From Planctomycetota bacterium (lineage in GTDB: Bacteria; Planctomycetota; UBA11346), in contig JBBQSO010000064.1 of the NCBI GenBank assembly GCA_038213805.1, forward strand, positions 1 to 31,214: a DNA stretch of 31,214 nt, read 5' to 3'. The notes below the pieces were generated by a model. It was not told the origin of the DNA. It made no database searches and saw only the letters and a program-made list of their open reading frames with translations. Shown in pieces: positions 1-10,600 of this stretch (position 1 is its first letter; each line of letters begins with the position of its first letter). Position numbers and translations under genes: made by a program.

Positions 1-1
1 C

Positions 2-2017
2 GAGACCATCATCTACCGCCTCAACCTGCTGCCCGAGCGTCAGCGGCGCGCCTTCCTCAATCTGCTGCATCTGCCGCTGCGCGCCGCGCGGCCGGCGCGC
101 GGCCTGGTGTGCATCGACCCGCCCGCAGCCGACCGCGCCGCGCTGCTGCCGCCGGCCACCCTGCTCGCTGCGGGCCCGGTGAAACTGAGCACCGACGGCG
201 AGCTGACGCCGCTGCCGCTGGCCCTGGCGGTGGTGATCAAGGACGCCGCCGCAGATCTTGACGCGCAGGGGGGAAGCGCGGGCAGGCGCTTCTTCCGCGC
301 GCGCACCCTGGTTGCCGGGCACGACGTGCTGCGCCCGGGCGCGGCGGTGGATGGCTACCTGCACCTCGCCTGCGCGGCGCCGCTGCCCGGTGCCGATGCG
401 GATGCGCTGCGCGCACTGCTCGCCGATGCCGAGCTCAACCTGGGAGTGGTGCCCGACTCCCTCAGCGACGCCGAGCAGGCGCAGGGCGCGAGCGCGCCGC
501 GCCGCCTGGTGGTGGAGATCGCCCAGGCGCTCGCCGGTGCGGACGAGAGCGATCCCGCGCAGCGCCAGGCCACCGCGTGGTGGCCGCTCGACCTGCTCGC
601 CGACACCAGTGCGGGCGGCACCGCGGCCGGCGTGCTGCGCTTGCGCCTGCCGCCGCGCGCCGCGCTGTTCGTACCACCGGGCCAGGACGACGCGGAATAC
701 ACCGGTGCCGGCACTGCGCCGCCCGAAGCGCCCGCCGACCTGCCCGGCCCACTGCTGTTCTGGCTGCGCCTGAGCTGCGCCGACGACGACGCCCTCGCAC
801 TCGGTTGGCTGGGGGTCAACGCCGTCGAGGTGGTGGCGCAAGAGACGCTGCAGCCGCGCGTCGTCGGCCTCGGCACCGGCGAGCCCGACCAGGCGGTGGT
901 GCTCAGCGGCGGCGACATCGACGCGGGCAGCGTCCAGCTCAGCGTGCAAGAGGCCGGCGGCTGGACGACCTGGGCGCTGGTCGACCACTTCGGTGGTCGC
1001 GGCCCCGACGACCGCGTCGCGGTGCTCGACGACCAGGCCGGCATCCTGCGCTTCGGCGATGGCGTGCGCGGCAAGCGCCCGCCCCTGTCCGCCCGCGTGC
1101 GTGCCGGCTGGCGCAGCGGCGGCGGCGCGGCCGGCAATCTCGCACCCGGTGGCGTCAAGGAGGTGGTCGGCGGGCCGCGCGGGCTGAAAGTGCGCCACGA
1201 ATGGCCGCTGGCGGGTGGTGCTGACGCCGAGACCGTGCCCGAGGCCGAACGGCGCATCCCCGAGTTCCTTCAGCACCGCGATCGCGCGGTCACCGCCGCC
1301 GACTTCCGCGCCCTCGCCCTGGCGCATCCCACCGCGGCGGTCGCGCGCGCCGAGGTCTGGCCTGGACTGCTGCCGGTGCCCGGCCCGGCGACCGGGCGCA
1401 GCGGTGTGCCCGGCGTGGTCAGCGTGTTCGTGCTGCCGCCCGGTGGCGGTGGCGTCGGCGACCCGCCGCGCCCCAGCCGCGGGCTGCTCGCCGACGTCTT
1501 CACCTGGCTCAGGCCACGCACCGTGGTCGGCACCGAGCTCTACGTGCTCAGTCCGGAGTTCGTGCCGGTGGCGGTGGCGCTCAGTGTCCGCGTCGAGGAT
1601 CCGCGCGCCCAGGCGACCGTGCTCGCCGCGGTCGAGGCGGCGCTTGCGCAGTTCCTGTCGGCGCTGCCACCGGGCGGGCAGGACGGCGCCGGCTGGCCGT
1701 TCGCCGCAGCGGGCGGGGCCAGCGACGGTTCTGACCAGGAGCAATCCGTGGTCGACGCCGAGGAACTCGCCACCCAGGCCGCGCGCGTGCCCGGGGTGCG
1801 GGCGATCGGCCCGGTGCGGGTGTGGCGCGGCACCGCTCAGGGTTGGCAGGAGGCGCTCGACGGGCGCATCCCGCTCGGCGGCTGGCAGGTGCCCGACCTG
1901 CAGGCGGTCTCAGCGCAGTTCGGCACCGGCACGCCGCAGCCGCCCGGCCCGCTCAGCGCCCCCGATCCGTCGACCGCCACGCTCGCGCCCGCTCCCACCC
2001 TGTCCGCGCTCTGCTGA
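2..2017 (+). CDS. Baseplate J-like / putative baseplate assembly protein of a contractile injection system (5' truncated)
   Basis: The frame is open from position 2 (ETIIYRLNLLPERQRRAFLNLL), so the true start lies upstream of the window. Typical motifs: LRFGDGVRGKRPP, GGGAAGN, RDRAVTAADFRALA, PGVVSVFVLP, FLSALPPGG..G.GWPF. Confidence 0.9.
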   Translation, partial: ETIIYRLNLLPERQRRAFLNLLHLPLRAARPARGLVCIDPPAADRAALLPPATLLAAGPVKLSTDGELTPLPLALAVVIKDAAADLDAQGGSAGRRFFRARTLVAGHDVLRPGAAVDGYLHLACAAPLPGADADALRALLADAELNLGVVPDSLSDAEQAQGASAPRRLVVEIAQALAGADESDPAQRQATAWWPLDLLADTSAGGTAAGVLRLRLPPRAALFVPPGQDDAEYTGAGTAPPEAPADLPGPLLFWLRLSCADDDALALGWLGVNAVEVVAQETLQPRVVGLGTGEPDQAVVLSGGDIDAGSVQLSVQEAGGWTTWALVDHFGGRGPDDRVAVLDDQAGILRFGDGVRGKRPPLSARVRAGWRSGGGAAGNLAPGGVKEVVGGPRGLKVRHEWPLAGGADAETVPEAERRIPEFLQHRDRAVTAADFRALALAHPTAAVARAEVWPGLLPVPGPATGRSGVPGVVSVFVLPPGGGGVGDPPRPSRGLLADVFTWLRPRTVVGTELYVLSPEFVPVAVALSVRVEDPRAQATVLAAVEAALAQFLSALPPGGQDGAGWPFAAAGGASDGSDQEQSVVDAEELATQAARVPGVRAIGPVRVWRGTAQGWQEALDGRIPLGGWQVPDLQAVSAQFGTGTPQPPGPLSAPDPSTATLAPAPTLSALC

Positions 2018-2029
2018 GGCCCCGCCGTC

Positions 2030-4417
2030 ATGGACGTCAACCGCACGCGTTTCCTGCTGCTTGCCGGCCGCGACGATTTCGCGCTCGCCGACGGCGCAGA
2101 TCTGGCGTGGCATGAACAGGATTGCCTGGCCCTGGCGCCGCAGCAGGCGCCGGCGTGGCCCAGCGCGGGTCTGGCCGAGGCGCCGGGCGCAGCGTGGGCG
2201 CGCGACCGCTTCCACCAGACCGCGCGCATTGCCACGGCGGCGGATGTGCCGGCGCAGGCCGCCGATCCGGCGGTCGCCATCGTCGCCGGGCGCACCATCC
2301 TGGTCGACGCCGGTCGCGGCTGGCAGGCGCTGATCCTGGATGTCGCGGCGACCCCGGCGGCGCTGCGCCCACCGCTCGGCGATTTCCTCGACCTCGCCAT
2401 CGGCGGACCGCCGGGCGAGGAGCGCCTTGCGGCGCTATGGAGCGACGGCGCGACCTGGGGCGTCACGCTGCTGCACCTGCGCACGCGCTGGACCATCGCG
2501 GTGCCACTAGCCATCGCCGTCGAGCGCATCCTGGTCGATGGCGCTGCGCGTACCTGGGCCGCGGGCGGCGCCGGCGTGGTGCGCATCAGTGGCGCGCCGC
2601 TGCCGCAACCCTACCGGCCGCAACTCGGCCGCTTCGAGCCGCTGCGCATCGTCCCCGACCCGCCGCGCGTGACCTGGCCGGCGGTCGGCGTGCTTGCGAT
2701 CCCTGGCGTCGGCGACGGCGTGCGTGGCCTGGCCTGCGATGCCGCGCGCCTCTACCTGCTTGCCGGCGCCGCGGACGAGCCGGTGCTGTTCCTGCGCCCG
2801 CTCGACAGCGACCCGCTCGACCCGTGGACCATCCTGTCCCTGCCCACCGCCGGGTTGGCGCTGCCGCTCAGCGATGTCGCGGTGCTGCACCCGGGACGCA
2901 TCGCGCTGCTCGCGGCCTTCGACCCGGTCGCCGATCCGGGCTGGCGGCGCCGCGACTGCGCCGTCTTCGACCTGCCGGCCGCTGCCAACGGCGAGGTGGT
3001 GGCGGTGGCGGTGCGCCATCCGTTCGCGTCGCGCCCGCAGGCGCGCTTCGCGTCGGTTGCGGATGGTGCCGTGCGGTGGCGCGCAGGCGGGACGCTGACC
3101 ACGCTCCAGCCGCTCGAGATCGCGCGCTTCGCGCGTCAGGGCCACGGTACCCTCGCGGCGTCCTTTGATTCGGCTACGCCCGGCTGCATCTGGCACAAGA
3201 TCACCCTTGAGGCGCGCATCCCCGCGGCGACTGCGCTACGCGTCGACGTACGCTGCGCCGATGATCCTGCCGACCTCATCACCGCCGACTGGCTGGAGCA
3301 GCCCGCGCCGGGTTGGCATCCGCTGCCCAGCGAGCTGCCGTGGGCCGACGGCGCGGTCGCCCAGCGCCCCGGTGAGGCTGGGCTGTTCGAGCTGCTGCTG
3401 CAGCGCCCGAGCGGCGCGGTGCGGCGCATCACCGGCCGTCATCTGCAGGTGCGCCTGCGCTTCAGCGGCGACGGACGCAGCACGCCGGCGCTGCGCCGCC
3501 TGCGCGTGCATCTGCCGCGCTTCTCGTACCAGGAGCACTACCTGCCGCTGCACTTCCGCCAGCAGGAGCGCGTGCTGCCGGTCGACGGCCGCGCCAACGG
3601 TGCGGACTTCCGCGAGCGCCTGCTCGCCGTGGTCGAGGGGCTGCTCACCCCGCTTGAAGACCGCGTCGCCAGCGCCGAGCTGCTCGCCGATCCCGCCTCG
3701 TGCCCTGCGGCGCTGCTGCCGCGCCTGGCCGCGCTGATCGGCGTCGACCTCGAGACGACCATGCCGCTCGCCACGCAGCGCCGCCAGGTCGCCGGCGCGG
3801 GCGCGGTGGCGCGCTGGAAGGGCACCATGCGCGGGCTGCGTCTGGCCCTTGACCTGGCCTGCGACGGCGCGGCCAGCGCGGGACGGATCATCGTGGTCGA
3901 AAACCATCGCCTGCGGCGGACCATGGCGACGCTGCTGGGTGTGACCTTCTCGGACGCGGACAATCCGTTGACGCTCGGCACCATGCGCAGCGGCAACAGC
4001 ATCGTCGGCGACAGCCTGATCCTGTCCGCACCGGCGGCGCGCTCCTACCTGGCCGCGCTCGACCCGTCCCTCGCCGAAGCCGACGACCCCACCGCCGCGC
4101 AGGCCTTCTTCGACCGCTACGCCCACCAGGTCACGGTGCTGCTGCACGGCTCGGCGCGCGCCCTGGAAGACACCGTGCGCAGGGTGCTGGCGCGCGAGCT
4201 GCCCGCACATCTGCAGTGGACCATCGTGTCCACCGACCACGGCTTCGTGCTTGGCCTGTCGCCGCTGCTGAGCGTCGACACCGTGCTCGAGCGCGAACCG
4301 GCGCCCGCGCCGGTGGTGCTCGACCGCACCATCCTTTCGCGGGAAGGGCTGCTCGGCGATCCCGCTGCGCTGCTGCCGTCCCAGGTCCGCGCCGACGACC
4401 GCTCCGATCCCACCTGA
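2030..4417 (+). CDS. Phage tail (P2 gpI / TIGR02242-like) baseplate wedge protein with long N-terminal extension
   Basis: C-terminal part has HYLP..F, DFRERLLA..EG, DPASCPAALLPRLAALIG, RWKGTMRGL and ELPAH. Starts 12 nt after the baseplate J-like gene. Confidence 0.8.
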   Translation: MDVNRTRFLLLAGRDDFALADGADLAWHEQDCLALAPQQAPAWPSAGLAEAPGAAWARDRFHQTARIATAADVPAQAADPAVAIVAGRTILVDAGRGWQALILDVAATPAALRPPLGDFLDLAIGGPPGEERLAALWSDGATWGVTLLHLRTRWTIAVPLAIAVERILVDGAARTWAAGGAGVVRISGAPLPQPYRPQLGRFEPLRIVPDPPRVTWPAVGVLAIPGVGDGVRGLACDAARLYLLAGAADEPVLFLRPLDSDPLDPWTILSLPTAGLALPLSDVAVLHPGRIALLAAFDPVADPGWRRRDCAVFDLPAAANGEVVAVAVRHPFASRPQARFASVADGAVRWRAGGTLTTLQPLEIARFARQGHGTLAASFDSATPGCIWHKITLEARIPAATALRVDVRCADDPADLITADWLEQPAPGWHPLPSELPWADGAVAQRPGEAGLFELLLQRPSGAVRRITGRHLQVRLRFSGDGRSTPALRRLRVHLPRFSYQEHYLPLHFRQQERVLPVDGRANGADFRERLLAVVEGLLTPLEDRVASAELLADPASCPAALLPRLAALIGVDLETTMPLATQRRQVAGAGAVARWKGTMRGLRLALDLACDGAASAGRIIVVENHRLRRTMATLLGVTFSDADNPLTLGTMRSGNSIVGDSLILSAPAARSYLAALDPSLAEADDPTAAQAFFDRYAHQVTVLLHGSARALEDTVRRVLARELPAHLQWTIVSTDHGFVLGLSPLLSVDTVLEREPAPAPVVLDRTILSREGLLGDPAALLPSQVRADDRSDPT

Positions 4418-4430
4418 ACCAGGCTGCCAC

Positions 4431-5420
4431 ATGGACCTCACCGCCATCTCTGAAGCCGATCCCGACCTGCGCGCCCTGCGTCTGGACACCGACCGCGCCG
4501 CGCCGCTGCGGCGCGTGAATTTCGCCGAGGGCATGCTGCTCGGCATCGAGGCGACCAACGCCGAGCAGGAATTCCACCGCCGCCGGCTGGTGCGCCACCA
4601 GCACTGGCTGCACGGCGCCGGCACGGTGGTCGGCCTCGCCGTGTCATTGCGCACGCGCACCCTGACCCCGCCGGACGCGCCCGTGCTGCAGCAGCAGGTC
4701 GAGATCCTGGTCGCGCCGGGCGTGGCCGTCGACGGTCTCGGTCGTGAGGTCCAGGTCGCCGAGCCCTCTTGCATCAATCTCATCGACTGGCTGGTGGCGC
4801 AGGGCAGCGATGCGGCGGCGGGGTCATTCGACGCAGGCGGGCGCTTCACCCTGGCCGGTTGGCTGGTGGCGCAGGCGCCCGCGCTCGCCGAGGCCGTCAC
4901 CGCCGGCGTGCTCAACCTGCGCGTCACGGTGCGCCAGGAGGCCGATCCGCAGGGCCTGCAGCCGGCTTTCGCCAGCGCACTGAACGATTCCACCGACGCG
5001 GTGTCCGCGAGCCGCATCGCCGATGGCCTGGCGCTGGAGCTGAGCCCCGACCTGCAGCCCGGCGAGGATCATGGCGGACGACCGGCGGCGTGGACAGGCG
5101 TGGTCGTTCCGGCAGACGCCGCGCTCGACGCGCACCTTGATGCGGCCGAAAGCGCGCGTCTCGCTGCGCTACCCGACGACGCGGCGCGCAGCGCGCTGCG
5201 CCGGCGTGCGCGTCTGCTCTTCGCCACGGGCGCCGGGCTGCCCGCGGGCGCCGGCAGCGGCGTGCAGCCGGACGCGCTCGCGGAACCGGCGCGCATCCTG
5301 CTGGCGCGCATCGCCATCGCGGTGCCCGACGTGACCAGCGTGGTGGTCGATCCCGCCACGATCCACGTCGACAACCTGGTGCGGCCGTTCGCGGTCGCCG
5401 GAGCGTTGCTGCCCATCTGA
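4431..5420 (+). CDS. eCIS-associated protein with fibre/anchor-like N-terminal module (paralogue 1)
   Basis: 329-aa ORF in the operon; RVNFAEGMLL..EQEFH..G.GTVVGLAV..VAPGVAVDGLGRE. Confidence 0.7.
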   Translation: MDLTAISEADPDLRALRLDTDRAAPLRRVNFAEGMLLGIEATNAEQEFHRRRLVRHQHWLHGAGTVVGLAVSLRTRTLTPPDAPVLQQQVEILVAPGVAVDGLGREVQVAEPSCINLIDWLVAQGSDAAAGSFDAGGRFTLAGWLVAQAPALAEAVTAGVLNLRVTVRQEADPQGLQPAFASALNDSTDAVSASRIADGLALELSPDLQPGEDHGGRPAAWTGVVVPADAALDAHLDAAESARLAALPDDAARSALRRRARLLFATGAGLPAGAGSGVQPDALAEPARILLARIAIAVPDVTSVVVDPATIHVDNLVRPFAVAGALLPI

Positions 5421-5474
5421 GCGCCGTTCATTTCCCTCCGTCCACAGCTGCGCCTGACCCCGAGCGAGCCCGCC

Positions 5475-7619
5475 ATGACCATCGTCCCGTCCCGCTTCCT
5501 ACAGCCCTTGAGCGGTCTGCGCCCACGCCCGGTGTTTGCGCCGCTGCCCGCGGTTCCGGCGAGCCCGGTGCCGACGCCGACCACGGTCGTCGCGCAGGTC
5601 ACCGACCCGCTGCTGACGCGCACCGCCTACTTCGACGGTCGCCTGCTGACCGCTGATGACCTGATCCGCGACCAGCAGTACCTGGACGAGCGCCTGCTCG
5701 AAGCCGGCCGCGTCGGCGGCGATGGCGTGGTGCAGGGCCTCGCACTCAGCCTGGACGCAGCCACCCAGAAGCTGCACGTGCGCGCCGGCATCGCCATCAC
5801 CTCGCTCGGCCGCGCCCTGGTGCTCGACCAGGAGCTGGTCGTCGACCTCGGCGACCGCGCCACGATCAGTCGCCTCAACGATGGCGCCGCTGCGCACTTC
5901 CCGGCCGGGACCTATGCGGTGGTGCTGCAGTACGCGGAACGGCAGTCCGGGCTCGCCGAGGCCTATCCGACCGACCTGGGCAGTGCCCGCACCCTGCATG
6001 CGGACGGCATCGTGGAGGGTGTCGAGGTGGTGCTGGTGCCGCTCGGCCTGCCGGTGCCGCCCGGCGGCGAGGCGGCGGCGCGCGCCCAGCTCGCGCTGCG
6101 CGTGGTCGGGCAGGACGCATTGACCGCGCTGCTGCCCGACGACGGCGTCGCCTTGGGTGTGCTGGCGCTGCGCGACGACGCGCCGCGCTGGGTGGATCCT
6201 GATCTGCTGCGCCACCCGCGCCGCCTGCCTTTCGCTCCCAACCTCGCGGTCGCGGACCTCTCCCGTCAGTACGACACGCTGGTCGCCGAGGTGCGCTACG
6301 AGCGCAGCAGCGCCGGCCTGCCCAGCGCGTGGGCGGCGCACGACTATTTCCACCGCCTGCCGCCAAGCGGGGGTTTGGCCAAAGACGCCATCGACCCGTC
6401 TGCGGGCACGCAGAGCTTCTTCCCGGAACAGATCGCGGTGTGGGTCGCGCCGGTGCGCCGCGACGACCTCGCTGCAATCCGCCGCGCGGCCCTCGACCTC
6501 GACTGGATCGACCTCGACGCCGGCGAGCCGGCCGAGGTGCTGGTGCTGGCCGCACTCGATCCCGCCGCCTACGCCACCTTCGTCAACCGCCTGGAGTCCC
6601 CGTTCGATCCACTGCAGCGCCTGCTGCCACGTCTCGATGGCCTGCAGCTGCGCGTGGTCGGCGCGCCGGCGGTCCACCGCCTCGACACCGACGCCGGTGC
6701 CTGGCAGGAGCTGTGGAACGGCTTGGCGGAAAAGGACGTCGTCTACGTGCGCCGCCAGCCGCGCGCCAGTGAGCAGGGTGTGGCCGGGATCGTGCTCGCA
6801 CGCGGCTATGCGGCACCGGTCGCGACGCCGGTGCCGACGCCGAGCCCGATCCCGAGGCCGACTCCCATTCCTGGTCCGAGACCGATTCCGATTCCCGTTC
6901 CCGCGCCGACGCCGCAGCCCGTTCCGGTCCCGTCGCCTGTTCCGCAACCTACTCCAACACCGGTCCCTGTTCCCACTCCGACGCCCACTCCGACTCCGAC
7001 TCCTACTCCCGCACCGGCCCCAACTCCTGTGCCTGCGCCTGTGCCTGTGCCTGTGCCTGTGCCGACGCCAATCCCAATTCCGACTCCGATTCCGATTCCG
7101 ATTCCGATTCCGACTCCGACTCCGACTCCGACTCCGACTCCGACTCCAACTCCGACTCCGACTCCCAGGCCCACTCCCGTCCCGATTCCCGCGCCGACGC
7201 CCACCCCATTCCCGCGGCCGCTCCCAACGCCGATCCCGGGCCCGCTCCCGCCCGGCCCGATCCGTCCACTGCCGGGTTTGGTTGACGGCAACGATGGCGC
7301 TCTGCTGGAGCGACTGCACGGCTTGGCCGAGGTGCGCGGCCCGGTCTCCGCCCGCGTTGCGGCCCGCGTGGTCAAGGTCGCCGGCGGCGACGCCACCGCG
7401 TTGCCGGCGGTGGTGGCCATCCTCGACGCCGTCGATCCCGTCGGGGACACGGCGCTGTGGCCGACCCTGTCCGCGGTGCTCAAGGCTGGCACCATCGCCG
7501 CGCTGGCGGCGGCGGTCGCAGGTGCTCGCGCGCCGCGCAAGCCCAAGGCGATGCTCGCCATCGTCACGCGCCTTGAGTCCGGCGCTGCCGTGCTCAAGGC
7601 CTGGCAGGCCCTGGCCTGA
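5475..7619 (+). CDS. eCIS-associated protein with the same N-terminal module plus a Pro/Thr-rich stalk (paralogue 2)
   Basis: 714 aa; [39 protein letters not shown]; (P-X)n tract at about 6828-7274. Confidence 0.75.
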   Translation: MTIVPSRFLQPLSGLRPRPVFAPLPAVPASPVPTPTTVVAQVTDPLLTRTAYFDGRLLTADDLIRDQQYLDERLLEAGRVGGDGVVQGLALSLDAATQKLHVRAGIAITSLGRALVLDQELVVDLGDRATISRLNDGAAAHFPAGTYAVVLQYAERQSGLAEAYPTDLGSARTLHADGIVEGVEVVLVPLGLPVPPGGEAAARAQLALRVVGQDALTALLPDDGVALGVLALRDDAPRWVDPDLLRHPRRLPFAPNLAVADLSRQYDTLVAEVRYERSSAGLPSAWAAHDYFHRLPPSGGLAKDAIDPSAGTQSFFPEQIAVWVAPVRRDDLAAIRRAALDLDWIDLDAGEPAEVLVLAALDPAAYATFVNRLESPFDPLQRLLPRLDGLQLRVVGAPAVHRLDTDAGAWQELWNGLAEKDVVYVRRQPRASEQGVAGIVLARGYAAPVATPVPTPSPIPRPTPIPGPRPIPIPVPAPTPQPVPVPSPVPQPTPTPVPVPTPTPTPTPTPTPAPAPTPVPAPVPVPVPVPTPIPIPTPIPIPIPIPTPTPTPTPTPTPTPTPTPRPTPVPIPAPTPTPFPRPLPTPIPGPLPPGPIRPLPGLVDGNDGALLERLHGLAEVRGPVSARVAARVVKVAGGDATALPAVVAILDAVDPVGDTALWPTLSAVLKAGTIAALAAAVAGARAPRKPKAMLAIVTRLESGAAVLKAWQALA
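7038..7163 (+). repeat. Coding 6-bp microsatellites
   Basis: (CCTGTG)4 at 7038-7061, (CCGATT)4 at 7086-7109, (CCGACT)6 at 7110-7145, then CCAACT and (CCGACT)2. They encode PV, PI and PT dipeptides. Confidence 0.95.
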
Positions 7620-7629
7620 GGAGTCCCCG

Positions 7630-10600
7630 ATGCCCCGCACCATCCATCTCCACGATCTGCTGCGCACCCCGGCACACGCCGGGCAGGAGCGCCTTGAGCT
7701 CTTTCCCGGCCGCCACCTCGGCGAGGTCGAGTTCGACCGCATGCAGGAATATCAGCAGGCGCGCCTCGACCGCCTGCTCGCGGGCGTTCCCCAGGGTGTG
7801 GTCTACGGTCTCGAAGTGCAGCCCACGGCGGTCGCCGGAGGAGCGTTGGCCCCGACCTTCCTGGTCAAACCGGGCTTGGCCGTCGGCGCCGATGGACAAG
7901 CGATGCTGCTGCCGTCCCCGCTGCGTCCCCGTTGGGCCGATCTGACCATTGGCATTGCCGATGGCCTCTACCTGCTGGTGCTCACCCGCCAGGAGCTGGG
8001 CGACGCGCCGATCGCCCCCGGCGATCCGCAACGCCGCACCGAGAGCGACCCGAGCGTCGACCTGCGCATCGAGGCGGTGCTCGGCACCGCCCTGCGCCGG
8101 CTGCCCGACCCGGGCCTGGCCCTCGACCAGCACGACCTCATCGCCAACCGCTTCTGTCTGGACCATGCCGAACTCGACCTGCTGCCCGCGGGCATGGCGG
8201 CGGCGTCCCTGGCGCTGGTCGCAGTGCGCGGCGGTCTCGCGCTGTGGTGCGACCGCGCCGCCGGCCGGCGCCTGACCGTGACCACGTCGGGCCACTATGC
8301 GCTGTATGACCAGAGCGTGCTCACCATCCGCAGCGTCGTGGCGGCCAACCCGCAGGCGGCAGGTGAAACCCAGGCGGCGTGGTCGGCGCGGCTGGTGACC
8401 GCGTTGCGCAGCCGACTCGCCGGCTTGCCCGCGGCCATCCAGCTGCCGCCGGCGCTGCTGACCGCGACCCTCGCCGCGGTGCTGACCGCGTACGAGGGTG
8501 ATCCCGCGCAGGTCAGGCCGACCGCGGCCTACGCGTTTCTCGGCGACCCCGGCGTGGCGGTCGAGCTGGTGCCACTGCGCGCCAGCCAGGTGCAGGCGGT
8601 GCTGCGCAGCGAACTCGGTCGCGGGCCGCTGCACTTCGGCGCGCGCGGTGAACGTGTGCGCCTGTGCCTGGCGGTGAACGATCGCGACTTCCGCGGCGAC
8701 CTGCTCGACCTGCCGCAGGCGGACGGCGAGGTGCTCGAGGCGCTCTACCGCCAATATCTGACCGCGAACCGGGCGTGGGTGGCGTGGCGCGCCGCCCAGG
8801 ACGCCCTCACCGGCGACGCCACCGTCGACCAGCACGACGATTTCGCGCTGACCATCACTGCTGACGACGGCACGCAGCCACAGATCTTCGCCGCCGCCAT
8901 CAATGTCACCGCCGTCGAGAAGGCCGGGCTGCTGGCGGCGCGCACCGACGGCGCGCCGCCGGCGCCCCCGCAGCTGTTCCTGCGCTTGATCGACGCGGCG
9001 CTCATCGCACGCGGCCTGGCCGCCGGACCCGTCATCACCGACGCGCAGCGCGCGCAGCTGCAACCGCAACTGCCCGAGCCCTACCGCGGCCCGCTGCCCG
9101 CACCGTACGTCGACCTGGGTGGCTGGCTGCAGGTGCGCGGGCTGCCCGCTCCGGCCGCGGCCGCTGCGCCGGTGGCACCCGGTACCGGCGTGCGGCGCAT
9201 CACGGTGGAGCGCCTCATCGCGGCGCTCGAGCAGGCCGTCGCCAAGGACCAGACCGACCTTGATGGCGTGCGCGACTACGTGTTATCGCAGCGTCAGCAC
9301 CTCGACGCGCACACCCTCAACCTCGCCGCCCTGGCCGGTGGCGTGGCGACCGACGGCAGCGGCCTGCGGCTGCTGCGCACCCTGCCCTTCGTGCGCCTCG
9401 ACATGCACGCGGCGATCGCGCCCAGGGTGTTCCGCCCCGATTCCGCCCCGGGTCTACGCGCGACGCGCCTGGACGTGGGCGCGCTTGGCGCGGGGACCAT
9501 CGGCCGCCCGCTGCCCGCGCAGATCAACGTGGAGGCGCGCGCCGACCAGATCGTGCTGCAGCCGCGCGAGTTGGCGGACGGTTCGCTGAGCAACGTGCTC
9601 GGACAGAAAGTGGTCGATGGGAATCTTAACATCCCGGTGGTGGCGCAAGCCGTAACCGAAAGCCAGTTTCAGGCCAAGGCCGGCGATTTCGGCGTCATCT
9701 CGCACGTTGAGCCGGGCATCTACGCGGTCGGCGAAGCGCTCGGCAGCCTGGGCACCCTGCGCGACGCGGCGCAAAAGGTGGACGGGCTCAAGGGCCTCGC
9801 CTTCCCCGCCTTCAAGGACCCGGCCGGCGACGTGCCCAATCCCACCCCGGACCAGGTCCAGCCGCTGCGCTATCAGCAGCTGGTCGAGGCGGGCAAGTAC
9901 CTGATCGGGATCATCACCCAGACCGAGGCGCGACGCCTGTTCCTGGAGCGCTGCCTGCGTGCCAAGGCCGACGAGCTGGCCGCGCGGCGCAGCGAGCTCG
10001 CCCGGCTGCAAGCGGACGAGGCGCAGCTGGTCGCAGCGCGCAAGCGCGCGGACGACGACCTCAGCGAGGCCCTCGACGACTACGCCATGGCGCAGCGCAT
10101 GGCAGACGAGGATTGGACCACGGTCGCATCCAGCGACGACCGGCGGCGCGCGCTGATCCTGAACCCGGTGGCGCTGCTCATGGTGCGCGCACGCCAGGAG
10201 CCAATCGCCAGCGACCTCGCCGACCCGCTGCCGCTGCGCCTGGCGGTACGCGGCGATGCCGCGCCCGGCTGCGGCATCGTCGACGGGCCGATCGCGCAGC
10301 GCTTCGATCTCGAGCGCGTGATGCGTGCGCTGCCGGCCACCGGCAGCTTCGATGCGGCCACCGCGCGGCGCCTGCTTGGGCGCGAGCTGGTCGCGGTGCG
10401 CGGACTGGCCGGTGCGGCCGCGGCGCGTGCCAGCGCGCCGGTCGACGGTCACGCGGCCCCGGCCGAACTCGCGCCGTTCCTCGACGCGCTCTTCGAGCTG
10501 CCAGCCACCGACTTGGTCGCGCTGCGCCCGCTGCTGCCGCAGCTGCCCGAACGCAGCAGCCTGGCGGTGCTGATCGCGGCGCGCACCCCGCGCCTGCAGG

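Noticed and set aside
107..109. Listed start of the baseplate ORF
   Set aside because: The frame is open and conserved-looking back to position 2, so the gene starts outside the window.
6157..7629. N-terminal 491 aa of the 1733-aa ORF
   Set aside because: It overlaps the 5475-7619 gene in another frame and translates the microsatellite as RL/RF runs. The real start is the ATG at 7630, which has an RBS.
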